DNA of 35,854 bases from Octopus bimaculoides (GCF_001194135.2 NC_069000.1:33958616-33994469), one strand, 5' to 3'; numbered from the stretch's first letter, positions 1 to 11,354 are shown. Numbers and translations are program-made. The notes: generated by a model from the letters alone, not told the origin.

Positions 1-69
1 CTGCAGCGAGTGTCGCTAGCCATTCTCCGCGGCAACGCCATGGCGGTCATTACCGCAGAGCGTAGCTGA
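1..69 (+). mobile_element. C-terminal end of a probable CRE-type (RLE) non-LTR retrotransposon ORF
   Basis: Frame 1 reads LQRVSLAILRGNAMAVITAERS*, matching the QRxSxAxxRGNA motif that ends CRE-clade ORFs. GC/CpG-rich relative to the window and followed by a pyrimidine-rich 3'UTR-like tract. Confidence 0.6.
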
Positions 70-952
70 GCTCGACATTTGTTCTGGGAAAAGTGGCGCA
101 TCACCCTTCGTCCTCTGTCTTCCGCTGCTATGTCCCTTCCCCTTTTTTCTTTTTTCTTTTCTTTTCCTTTTTCTCTCTTTTCCTTTCTTATCTCCCTTCT
201 TCCCTACTTTCTATATGAATCTTACATTCTTCAATACTATCGCAATTGATGACCTACTAAACAACACAGTTCCTAGTTCTTCTCCGTAATGAACAAAGTT
301 ATAAACTGTAAAAAGTATAAAAATAATGCCATTTTAGCAAAAATAGAAACGCGTAACATTTTAATAAATACTTCAGTAGTGAATGAATCAAGATGAATGA
401 CATGGGTAAACCTTACTCATGCTGCTAAACACATTGAGAGAGGTATGAACATCACAATAACATATCCATCATTCTCAAACATATCTTCCAAAGTTGAAGG
501 TTTCTGTGTTTTTCTTATTAATGTTGGTTACCTTTTGATCAATTCTTATCCAGTATACATATTATAAAGGCCTTTGTACCATGACAATTTCATTTTATCC
601 CCAAGTATTGTATCTCGGATCTGTTGGAGAATGTCCGAACAAATTGTTTTCCAGGGGGAAACAGAAGCAAGGTATAACAACTCTTAATAGAGTGAATATT
701 ACTTTGTACAAAAGACATTCTACAAATACCAGTATTATGGGAAATTGAATACACACCACTTTCACTAATACAAGAGTATTTCTCTAACGTTATAACTTTA
801 TACTAGTATTTGCAGAATACCACCTGTACAAAATAGTTACTGTAATGAGAGTTATCTTATCTTACATCTGCTTCCATCTTGAAAATAGTTTGCTCGAGTA
901 TTTTGCAACAAAACCTTATGCATCTAAGACACCATTAACCAATATACCCGCT

Positions 953-981
953 ACACACACACACACACACATACACACACC
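953..981. repeat. (CA)n microsatellite
   Basis: Direct inspection. Confidence 0.95.
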
Positions 982-1027
982 TTTTTTTAAGATGGCAGGG
1001 TGAGCAGCTACAGCGAAGACATTTTAT

Positions 1028-1100
1028 TGGCAACCGGAAGACAAAGACAACCATGTCTTCCAACCGGAAGATGAAAACAACGGTGTCTTCCGGCTTGCCA
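1028..1100. repeat. Two tandem 30-bp self-palindromic units inside a 16-bp inverted repeat
   Basis: Units 1031-1060 and 1061-1090 are 25/30 identical. TGGCAACCGGAAGACA pairs with TGTCTTCCGG(C)TTGCCA. Confidence 0.85.
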
Positions 1101-1167
1101 CAAATATTTAATATCACCACTCCCTTTAATTGCGCTTGTTTAATATGTTGTTGTTGTTTTTGTAATA

Positions 1168-1221
<54 letters not shown>
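1168..1221. repeat. (ATT)n microsatellite
   Basis: Direct inspection. Confidence 0.95.
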
Positions 1222-1226
<5 letters not shown>

Positions 1227-1230
1227 TATT

Positions 1231-1436
1231 GAGGGGAGGGCTGGCAGAATCGTTAGTACGTTGGACAAAATGCTTGACGGTATTTCTTTTGGTTCTTTCC
1301 GCTCAAAGTTCAAATTCTGCGCAGGTTGATTTTGCCTTTCATCCTTTCGGGGTCAATAAAATTAAGTACCAGTTGAGCATTGGGTTCGATGTAGTCGACT
1401 AGACTTCTTCCCTACAAAATTACAAGTCTTGTGTCT

Positions 1437-1437
<1 letters not shown>
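1231..1437 (+). mobile_element. SINE family B (tRNA-like split A/B-box head, TTTCATCCTTTCGGGGTCGAT body)
   Basis: Homologous to at least 10 other copies in the window; A-box-like TGGCAGAATCG and B-box-like AGTTCAAATTC; tail runs into (GTA)n. Confidence 0.85.
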
Positions 1438-1488
<51 letters not shown>

Positions 1489-1502
1489 CGGTGGCGGTGT
1501 TG

Positions 1503-1536
<34 letters not shown>

Positions 1537-1548
1537 CGGTGGTGGTGA
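1436..1548. repeat. Compound (GTA)n/(GTG)n microsatellite
   Basis: Direct inspection; explains the poly-V/poly-T ORFs. Confidence 0.95.
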
Positions 1549-1595
1549 TGGTGACAGCGAGGGCGACAATAGCATTCTTGCCAAGATCGTCATTG

Positions 1596-1705
1596 CATTT
1601 CATCCCTTCAGAGTCGATAAAATAAAATACCAGTGGAGTACTGAGGACGATGTAATCGACTTCTCCCACCTCAAAATTTCTTGTCTTGTGCCAAAATCAG
1701 TAATA
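1596..1705 (+). mobile_element. 5'-truncated SINE family B
   Basis: Body and tail homology, ending in (ATT)n. Confidence 0.7.
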
Positions 1706-2854
1706 ATTATTATTACCNNNNNNNNNNNNNNNNNNNNNNNNNNNNNNNNNNNNNNNNNNNNNNNNNNNNNNNNNNNNNNNNNNNNNNNNNNNNNNNNNNN
1801 NNNNNNNNNNNNNNNNNNNNNNNNNNNNNNNNNNNNNNNNNNNNNNNNNNNNNNNNNNNNNNNNNNNNNNNNNNNNNNNNNNNNNNNNNNNNNNNNNNNN
1901 NNNNNNNNNNNNNNNNNNNNNNNNNNNNNNNNNNNNNNNNNNNNNNNNNNNNNNNNNNNNNNNNNNNNNNNNNNNNNNNNNNNNNNNNNNNNNNNNNNNN
2001 NNNNNNNNNNNNNNNNNNNNNNNNNNNNNNNNNNNNNNNNNNNNNNNNNNNNNNNNNNNNNNNNNNNNNNNNNNNNNNNNNNNNNNNNNNNNNNNNNNNN
2101 NNNNNNNNNNNNNNNNNNNNNNNNNNNNNNNNNNNNNNNNNNNNNNNNNNNNNNNNNNNNNNNNNNNNNNNNNNNNNNNNNNNNNNNNNNNNNNNNNNNN
2201 NNNNNNNNNNNNNNNNNNNNNNNNNNNNNNNNNNNNNNNNNNNNNNNNNNNNNNNNNNNNNNNNNNNNNNNNNNNNNNNNNNNNNNNNNNNNNNNNNNNN
2301 NNNNNNNNNNNNNNNNNNNNNNNNNNNNNNNNNNNNNNNNNNNNNNNNNNNNNNNNNNNNNNNNNNNNNNNNNNNNNNNNNNNNNNNNNNNNNNNNNNNN
2401 NNNNNNNNNNNNNNNNNNNNNNNNNNNNNNNNNNNNNNNNNNNNNNNNNNNNNNNNNNNNNNNNNNNNNNNNNNNNNNNNNNNNNNNNNNNNNNNNNNNN
2501 NNNNNNNNNNNNNNNNNNNNNNNNNNNNNNNNNNNNNNNNNNNNNNNNNNNNNNNNNNNNNNNNNNNNNNNNNNNNNNNNNNNNNNNNNNNNNNNNNNNN
2601 NNNNNNNNNNNNNNNNNNNNNNNNNNNNNNTGTGTGTGTGTGTGTGTGTGTACACTGATGGATTCGAGGGTTTCGTTTATTTACGAGTTGATTACTTAAT
2701 TTCACGGAGTATAATAAATACCTATAACTGTGATACTTAAAAAACAATAATTAATTCAGTTCAATTAAAAAGCATAAGTAAGCCACACTATAATTTGCGA
2801 AAAAAATTTATCTGCGCGCAGAGTATGCATTGCTCCTCCGATGCCTTTTATTTT

Positions 2855-2855
<1 letters not shown>

Positions 2856-2889
<34 letters not shown>
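2856..2889. repeat. (TTA)n microsatellite
   Basis: Direct inspection. Confidence 0.95.
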
Positions 2890-3407
2890 GAGTAAGAGAG
2901 CACTGGAGTACAAATATACGAAGCCTAATATACCCATCATAAGGGTACACCAGGCACGTGCATCACAACCATATCTGCGCGACATAGTGATCACATATCA
3001 AGATAAACATCGCATGACCTTGCAGGTGGGGCCCAGTTAGAATTTTCTTCGGGTTAAGTAGTCCATCCTGCTCAAAAGGTCCCTGAATAAGGTTTGTTTA
3101 AGGATGATGAACAAAACAGAGGTGAATTTTTCAACTATTCAAACCCCAAAGAATTCCTCTCAACACATAGCTATGTTGCTCCACCACTACTTCTGCTTGT
3201 GATCAGAGATGCACATATCGTCAGCCACTAAGGGACATGCTCAACAGGTTAAGGTCAAGCAAATGACGAGCAAATCTGTGGTATTAAGCTGAATATTTGC
3301 TGTAGCCCATCTTGTATACCAAGACAAAACAATGTACATAATAACACTTCCAATCAGCTAAGATTAAAAGCCATGAGAGCCACTACCTGGTACTGCATCA
3401 GGGTATA
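2890..3407 (-). mobile_element. Non-coding retroelement 3' fragment embedded in a (TAA)n array, possibly an R4/Dong 3'UTR
   Basis: Higher-complexity 518-bp block bounded on both sides by (TTA)n; the minus strand ends ...CTC(AAT)n. Clade assignment is inference. Confidence 0.4.
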
Positions 3408-3446
3408 TTATTATTATTATCATTATTATTATCATTATTATTATTA

Positions 3447-3498
<52 letters not shown>
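3406..3498. repeat. (TAT)n/(CAT) microsatellite
   Basis: Direct inspection; explains the poly-Y ORF. Confidence 0.95.
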
Positions 3499-3501
<3 letters not shown>

Positions 3502-3942
3502 TTTAATGACATACTAATGAGGATAAATGGAGTCAATTGCTTGACCTTTTTGCTTTAGCCAGCAACGGGTGATAAATCCTATTGATTTCTGCGTGAGAGG
3601 GAATTATACGAATCCATTCCTCACCACTTCCGGTAATATTGACATTTTTTTCCCGTTAGCTTGCAACGCTGAATTCAACCAGTCAGTGAGGGAATTCCTA
3701 CGTGGCCACTCGACTCACTAGAAATAACAGTCAAATTTCCCTTACGTCAAATCCCACTGTTTTAAAATAGGATATACATGTTGGATAAGGTAGACCTTGA
3801 TAAGGTATAACCTAGATAATCTAGATAACCTTAGAAAGACGAAATGACCGCGGTTAGCACTTCTTTGGTCTCAGGTTTCATGAAGCAAGACTCGAGCATG
3901 ATTTCCTCAGCAAAATTAGCAACATTATACAAGGTTATTCAA

Positions 3943-3945
<3 letters not shown>

Positions 3946-4007
<62 letters not shown>
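3946..4007. repeat. (GA)n microsatellite
   Basis: Direct inspection. Confidence 0.95.
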
Positions 4008-4011
<4 letters not shown>

Positions 4012-4920
4012 TATGTGTGTATGTGCGTCTGTTTACAGGATCGTGTACGTATATGCCTGTTAACCAATCTTATCATCCATCCCAGTTTGGCAGGATTAGT
4101 CCACATTTGAAGGATCTAGACTGGTTTTCTGTCCAATTGACAAATTTGTCCCGTTTTACCCTGAAATTTTCTGAAATGTCCCGGTTTATAGATTAAAGAC
4201 TTAAATTGTATGAAGAAAAAAACTAAAACTGAAAATGTTGATATCAGTAAAGAGTCCTAACCTTGATTCTCACGAACATATTCATACCATAGCTCAATCT
4301 AAGTCTGTCATAATATCACTCTCAAGTCACAAGTAGATAAATAATGCAGTTTAAAGACATTTTGTTTATCTCTGGGTTCCGCAATTAAAAATTATTTACT
4401 CTTGGGATTCAAGAATGCTATAGGATTAATATAAGTTTATGGTTTTCCTATCTTATTTCTTATTTCTTATAATGAATAGAAACTCTAACTCGCTAACTAT
4501 TAGAAGTTCGGAATCTTATCATAAACAGAAAGGGCTCCATATTCAACCCTCAACGTTCTACTGGGGTGAAGTTAATGAACTACCAATAATATCACTTATA
4601 GTCTCTAAACATCGCTGGTTAAATTAACTAAAAAACCTTTTACAAAATGATCTTATAAAACAAGTTAATGCAGATATATATTATTTTAATTCTAATTTTA
4701 ACTGTTATTTCATTTTAATTCCTATTTTAACTACTCACCCAACACAACGATTAGAAATGTATTATTTTGAATGCAATTGTTTCTTTAACTGACAAAGAAT
4801 TAAAGAATGACTTAATGGAGGCCAATTTACAGCAGATGCTCCAAACTGAAAAAACGTCAAAATAATACAAAATACACCATATTGGTCATATTGGGATATG
4901 GGGTTTGTTTTTTTTTCTTT

Positions 4921-5555
4921 CTCCTAGAACATGGAGTAAAAGTAAGACTTTTAGATTTCCAGTCAGTTCCTGAAAAGATAGCTGAAATTTTGACAAATTG
5001 CGTGGTATTCACTTTAAAAAAAATATAACTTATCAAAGATTATCGTTGCTTACTGTGGTGATAGCTGCAATACAGGTTTTGGAAATGTAAAGAAAAATAG
5101 GAGAAATAATGTATTTACTTGAAGAACAAAGGTAACTGCAGAAAAAATTAATGAAACGGTTAGAAATTTGATCATCAATGTTGAATTTCAGTTTGATGAA
5201 GTTATTCTTGGTAAAACGTTTTGGTTTATCAAGCTTTATCTAGGAAATAAAAAGAAATAGATAGTGAATAAAATAAGGAACCAGTTTTTCTGCCATTTTA
5301 ACGATCAAAACATATCTGTGCTTCGTCTAAAAAAAGTTGTAGAATATCTATTTCGAGTACAAGAAATATCTGCCTCTACTGAAAGAGTTTTACTTATGGT
5401 GAATACCATTTGGATTCCTGAAATAGATCTAATAAAGGAGTCCACATTAAAGGGCCTCTTGATTTGTAAACTCAATAAGGGTTTGAGTTGTCTGAGTTTT
5501 ATAATATAATAAAAATCAAGAAGAATTTTCTGAAGACAGTTCATTCGAGTGAGAA
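4921..5555 (+). pseudogene. Decayed, internally deleted hAT-superfamily transposase
   Basis: Frameshifted segments EHGVKVRLLDFQ (from 4927), IVAYCGDSCNTGFG...NNVF (YCGD at 5051-5062) and VEYLFRVQEISASTERV...NTIW...TLKGLLICKLN...SC...HSSEK, the last resembling the hAT C-terminal dimerisation domain. Several stops. Confidence 0.75.
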
Positions 5556-5590
5556 ATGCGAGTGAGCAAAGAAAACAGTAAAAGAAATTA

Positions 5591-5886
5591 TCACGATATT
5601 GACCAGACTATCGGATGTCAATTTATATCGCTGGTCACAATGCGATTCGCATTGTTTTAACTTCCGAATGATGCCACCCGGCTGGTTAAGCAAGCAAGCC
5701 AACATTCCCTCCTGACCGGAAGGCTTTTCCGTCGCAGGCTAACCGGATAACAGCTGAGTTAGCTGGAACAACATAAAGTGAAGTGTTTTGCTCAAGAACA
5801 CAACGCGTCGCCCGGGCCGGGAATTGAACCCACGATCTAGCGATCATGAGCAGAACAACCTTAACTACTTAGCCACGCGCATTCAC
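5591..5886 (-). mobile_element. SINE family D (tRNA-derived head)
   Basis: A box (TGGCTAAGTAG) and B box (GGTTCAATTCCC) on the minus strand; colinear homology with 7881-8144. Confidence 0.85.
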
Positions 5887-5940
5887 AAAAGAAAAAAAAA
5901 TATACAAATTGTAAATTCCTTTCCTTGATCACCATATATT

Positions 5941-6150
5941 GGTTTCAAATTTGGGCACATGACCAGAAACGTGGAGGGAGTAAGTCGATTCTATCGACCC
6001 TAGTGCTCCACTGGTACTTATTTTATCGACCCCAAAAGGAAGAAAGTCAAAGTCGACCTCGGCGGATATTGAACTCAGAACGTAAAGACGGACGAAATGC
6101 CGTAAAGCATTTTGTTCGGTGTGTTTGAGATCCTGTCAGCTCACCGCCTT
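5941..6150 (-). mobile_element. Full-length SINE family B with 17-bp target-site duplication
   Basis: Flanks CTTGATCACCATATATT (5924-5940) and CTTGATCACTATGTATT (6151-6167), 15/17 identical. Confidence 0.9.
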
Positions 6151-7880
6151 CTTGATCACTATGTATTTATATATCACATTACAAGAAATTCTGATTTAAG
6201 AGTTGCTGTTATTTTTAGTAACTGTAGTAAGTTGTAAATAAAATTGGGTAATAAAAGTTTTTCCAACTCGCACCTATACCTATAGTATTTATAATTTGAA
6301 GGTTGTGCCGGGGTGAACAATAATAATTATGTAGGCATACTATTACTCGACAAACTCATTGACAGAAATGTTTTTTATGTGAACGCCCGACCGAGATTCA
6401 CAGCAGAAGTCAACAAAATATAAATACCTTTAAAAGAAATTTACTCGTCTAAAAATGCTGTTTAGCATGAAAATTTTTCATACAAACATGATTCTCTGTT
6501 GTATTATATATGTTATATATATATATAAACTTACTTGGAAATGGATGCGTGCCATTCAAATAAATAATAATATAAATGATATATGGGTACAGGACATCAC
6601 CAACGGTAACTACATGAAATACAAAAATAAATGAGTTAAATACGCAAACAACGAGAGAAAAATTGAAAACAGGACAAGTATTATAAAGAATACAAAGAAC
6701 GACCCTTCATCAGTTGTCGGCTGTCTATCTACTCCCCATTTCGAGCAATCAACGACAATATGAGTCTTCGAAGACAGTTTCCCCCATAAATATCAAAATA
6801 AAATTAGGGGATATATGGCGGATCAAAGCTAGGAACAAAAACAGGACAGTGGTGACATATAAGGAAAACGAACGAAAACAAACATGGAAGGTCGTTAGAC
6901 CAGAACGAGGGGGAAATAGTGAACGCTGAGAGAAATATTTTCTTTGAAAAGAGAAAAGATTGAAGAGAAAGATAGGAGACGTCCAAGTCCTTAGAAGGTC
7001 CGTGCAGGAAAAGAAAGATGGACGATGGTCACGTGTGAGCNNNNNNNNNNNNNNNNNNNNNNNNNNNNNNNNNNNNNNNNNNNNNNNNNNNNNNNNNNNN
7101 NNNNNNNNNNNNNNNNNNNNNNNNNNNNNNNNNNNNNNNNNNNNNNNNNNNNNNNNNNNNNNNNNNNNNNNNNNNNNNNNNNNNNNNNNNNNNNNNNNNN
7201 NNNNNNNNNNNNNNNNNNNNNNNNNNNNNNNNNNNNNNNNNNNNNNNNNNNNNNNNNNNNNNNNNNNNNNNNNNNNNNNNNNNNNNNNNNNNNNNNNNNN
7301 NNNNNNNNNNNNNNNNNNNNNNNNNNNNNNNNNNNNNNNNNNNNNNNNNNNNNNNNNNNNNNNNNNNNNNNNNNNNNNNNNNNNNNNNNNNNNNNNNNNN
7401 NNNNNNNNNNNNNNNNNNNNNNNNNNNNNNNNNNNNNNNNNNNNNTATATATATATATATATATGAGAGTTATTTTAAATACACAATCATTTAGACTTCG
7501 GTTATCCAGAGGAAATCGTAAATAAAAATAGCCATACTGAATATAATTAGGTAAGAAAACATATTTAAAGAATTTTTATGTTAGTCAATCGATAAAATTC
7601 TGTAGTCTTCCGCAATCATCGATGCCTTTTCACCGCGATTACGATCCATGCGCAGCATAATATCGATTTCAATAGTGTTCACTTTCATTTCACGGACATG
7701 GACATGTTAGCAAAGTCAGTGACATGTGATAGATACGTAGAGTGAATGAATATACCATTGATTTTTGTTATGCTTTTAAATCTTTCAACTTGTCAGTCAT
7801 TTTAATGAATTAAGATTGTTTCTACACTGTTTAAAGTGACCAACAAAGATCAAATTTATGGAGCGTTCGACATGTTACGT

Positions 7881-8144
7881 GATCACATGACCGATCAGGC
7901 TATCAGATGTTCTTACACATCGCCGTTCACAATGCGCATTTGCATTGTTTTAGCCTTCAAATAACGCCACCTCGTTGGCTAGGCGAGCAGGCCAGCATTC
8001 CCCCATTGATCGAAAGGGGAACTGGAGCAATGTGAAATGAAGTGGTTTGCTCAAGAACACAATGCGCCGCACACTCAGGAAATCGAACCCACGATCTAGC
8101 GATCGTGAGTGCAACAGCCTAACCACTAAGTCAAGCGCTTTCAC
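7881..8144 (-). mobile_element. SINE family D
   Basis: A box TGACTTAGTGG and B box GGTTCGATTTCC on the minus strand; homologous to 5591-5886. Confidence 0.85.
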
Positions 8145-8657
8145 CGTTCGACGTGTGGTACTTTTAATATGTATACTTTTGACAAGTGGAGACACAAGAC
8201 GTGATCCGCGATCGTCACACTACTGCCTTTTAACACCACTTTGGTTCCACGATTTCAGATGTTCTTCAGAAATTCGAATTCATTGTGAACAGAAAACGTA
8301 ATAGTGGCACCAGTTGCATTCTTTGTATGGCTAATTAAATATTCATGGCTCCTTGAGATCTTGTTAGGTTGTTAGGATGGTTCGAAATTGGGGAACGTTC
8401 GTTCGAATAACTAAGGTTTGACAGTAGACCATTATATTTATTTCCTTTGGTTTTACGTTTTTTGACTCTTTATGATAGTACATCACAAACTAAAAAAAAA
8501 GTGAAAATAAGGTATGAATACTTAATGACTCTTTTTAAATAGTTAATATGACTCTCTCACATTGTAATTGTTTCATATTCAACACAGTCTCGGGTCACAT
8601 CTCTTGCCAAACAAATACAACTCGGAAATATATATATGTGTGTATGTGCGTATGTGC

Positions 8658-8862
8658 ATTGGTTTCAAATTTTGATGCAAGGCTATCAAGTTCGTGGGAG
8701 GGAATAAGTCGATTACATCGAACCCAGCACTCAACTGGTACTTATTTTTATCCACTCCGAAAGGATGAAAGGTAAAGCAGACCTCGGCGGAATTTGAACT
8801 CGGACGAAATGCCGCTAAGCATTTTACCCTGCATGCTAAAGATTCTGCCAGCTCGCCGCCTT
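8658..8862 (-). mobile_element. SINE family B
   Basis: Full-length homology to the other B copies. Confidence 0.9.
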
Positions 8863-9318
8863 GTCATATGACTACATATTCCCAATCAATCAACTTGTCA
8901 AATGAACAGTCAATCCTTGCTAACTTGAACAGTTATATAATGATCCTCAACATCCAGTAAATCCATTTATGGGCAAATTATATAATTGTAACATATTACA
9001 CAATGTATAATATAGTAACGAAAGAAGAAAGGACAGCTCAAGATATTGCTCTACGCTTTTCACTTGTGTAGTCATTTATCCAGTAATGTATAATAGTACG
9101 TGATATAACATAATTTTACATTACTGCATAATTGCAACAACACTTTTATTTGATCTTGCCGATAAAAAAAAATTGAATGTCGCCTGATGAAACAGTGCAT
9201 TTGCAAAATAATGTGAAATCATGTAATATCACGTAATGTTAAGCATTGTTGGATAAATGACCACGCATGTGATACGCGTATAGCAATATTTTGATCTGCC
9301 CACTCTTTTTTCTTTACT

Positions 9319-9343
9319 ATACATACATACATACATACATACA

Positions 9344-9373
<30 letters not shown>
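9319..9373. repeat. (CATA)n microsatellite
   Basis: Direct inspection. Confidence 0.95.
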
Positions 9374-9374
<1 letters not shown>

Positions 9375-10490
9375 GTGTCTATGTATGTTTAATTTCTAAT
9401 TTTTGCAAAGCAATGATATATGAAGTAGAAATATGGACGCTATGAATCAAAAGTTACCATCCCCAAGTTGAGACCATTTTACTTCACACTGTGTAGCTCT
9501 GTTTGTAGGAACCCAAGTTCTTTCACACCATTCAATCGTTAACTGATAATTAGTAATACAAATTAACACCACTTGTCTTCTCTTTCATTGTGAAGGTTTT
9601 TCTTCGTAGGTCAGTTGATACACTACCTCTTAGATTCTCTTAGATTTAGATCCTACAAGAGAGGACTTTACTGCTCAAGTGTTTGGGATCAAAAACTCAC
9701 AGTATTATACTGAATCGATTGTGTCTATTTCCCTACAAAAACAAAGTGTGCCTAGGCAAAACAAAATATGTCTGTGTACGTATGTATGTGCGTGTATCTG
9801 TATGTATCTGAATGTATATATATATANNNNNNNNNNNNNNNNNNNNNNNNNNNNNNNNNNNNNNNNNNNNNNNNNNNNNNNNNNNNNNNNNNNNNNNNNN
9901 NNNNNNNNNNNNNNNNNNNNNNNNNNNNNNNNNNNNNNNNNNNNNNNNNNNNNNNNNNNNNNNNNNNNNNNNNNNNNNNNNNNNNNNNNNNNNNNNNNNN
10001 NNNNNNNNNNNNNNNNNNNNNNNNNNNNNNNNNNNNNNNNNNNNNNNNNNNNNNNNNNNNNNNNNNNNNNNNNNNNNNNNNNNNNNNNNNNNNNNNNNNN
10101 NNNNNNNNNNNNNNNNNNNNNNNNNNNNNNNNNNNNNNNNNNNNNNNNNNNNNNNNNNNNNNNNNNNNNNNNNNNNNNNNNNNNNNNNNNNNNNNNNNNN
10201 NNNNNNNNNNNNNNNNNNNNNNNNNNNNNNNNNNNNNNNNNNNNNNNNNNNNNNNNNNNNNNNNNNNNNNNNNNNNNNNNNNNNNNNNNNNNNNNNNNNN
10301 NNNNNNNNNNNNNNNNNNNNNNNNNNNNNNNNNNNNNNNNNNNNNNNNNNNNNNNNNNNNNNNNNNNNNNNNNNNNNNNNNNNNNNNNNNNNNNNNNNNN
10401 NNNNNNNNNNNNNNNNNNNNNNNNNNNNNNNNNNNNNNNNNNNNNNNNNNNNNNNNNNNNNNNNNNNNNNNNNNNNNTATATATATATAC

Positions 10491-10522
<32 letters not shown>

Positions 10523-10525
10523 GTA

Positions 10526-10564
<39 letters not shown>

Positions 10565-10645
10565 ATTACTACCGTGAATTTTATCAATAAATAATAAATC
10601 TATCTTATATTTATTTATCTTTTTTGTTTTTTCTTCTTCTTCCAG

Positions 10646-10915
10646 TGCAGTCGATCGCCATGATGTTCCTTCCTAATTATGGAATGCATAAAGGTCTTAG
10701 TCTGACACAAAGTGCCACATTGATATCGGTAATTGGGATCACGAACACTATAGGCCGAATTTTGATTGGTTTAATGACTTATTCCTTCGATGTTCCCAGC
10801 ATTTATTCGTTTACTTTCTCCCTACTTATATCTGGACTTATCTCTTTTGCCTTCATTTTTTGTGACACTTTCGCCAGTCTCATTGTATGCAGTGGCGTGT
10901 TCGGCCTTTGTATGG
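10646..10915 (+). CDS. SLC16/monocarboxylate transporter family (MFS), internal exon, about TM7/8-TM10
   Basis: Polypyrimidine tract plus CAG acceptor (10643-10645) and GTAAGT donor (10916); phase 1-1. Peptide QSIAMMFLPNYGMHKGLSLTQSATLISVIGITNTIGRILIG...CSGVFGLCM. An alternative AG at 10649-10650 cannot be excluded. Confidence 0.88.
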
Positions 10916-10938
10916 GTAAGTATTTTACTGAACCTACT

Positions 10939-11065
10939 CATCATTACCGTCGTCATCGTCATCATCACCATAATTATCATCGTCGTCGTCGTCATTATCA
11001 TAATGGTCATCGTTATTGTTATCGTTGTGGTCAGCATCAGCATCGCTGTCGTCACCATCAATATC
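10939..11065. repeat. Degenerate (CAT/CGT)n trinucleotide tract, intronic
   Basis: Direct inspection. Confidence 0.85.
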
Positions 11066-11354
11066 AGTCATCACTCGTTACTCACTCGTTATTCATTGAC
11101 TTGCTTACCCATGATTTCGAGCGTTTATAATTTCTCTATATGTTTGACAAACACATACATTCTCCAAGTTAATATAAACCAAGACAGTATTACTTTTCTC
11201 GAATCTAGAATTTCTAGTATTTATAATATATAAACTATTTACTTATATATAAAACATGTTTTAGAGAAATCGATTGTGCATTATTCGTTTTGACACAATA
11301 GCAAATTGCAAGATGGTTACTACTATTATTATTGCTACTGCTGCTGCTGCTGCT

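Noticed and set aside
6701-6785. Minus-strand GAAA-palindrome-UA-stem I (TTGTCG/CGACAA)-CUGAUGA resembling a type II hammerhead
   Set aside because: Stem II cannot form (AGGG versus GGGG) and the base of stem III is mismatched; may be a relic within an unclassified repeat.
7590-7700. Short minus-strand peptide MKVNTIEIDIMLRMDRNRGEKASMIAEDYRIL, vaguely like a pogo/CENP-B HTH
   Set aside because: Too short and no further transposase motifs; cannot be supported without a search.
9184-9232. CTGATGA...GAAA-TCATG-TA hammerhead-like motif
   Set aside because: Only a 3-bp stem II and no stem I pairing.
10916-11130. His/Arg-rich C-terminus of the 168-aa ORF
   Set aside because: Read-through past a consensus GTAAGT donor into a (CAT/CGT)n intronic tract; the spliced frame continues at 12067.
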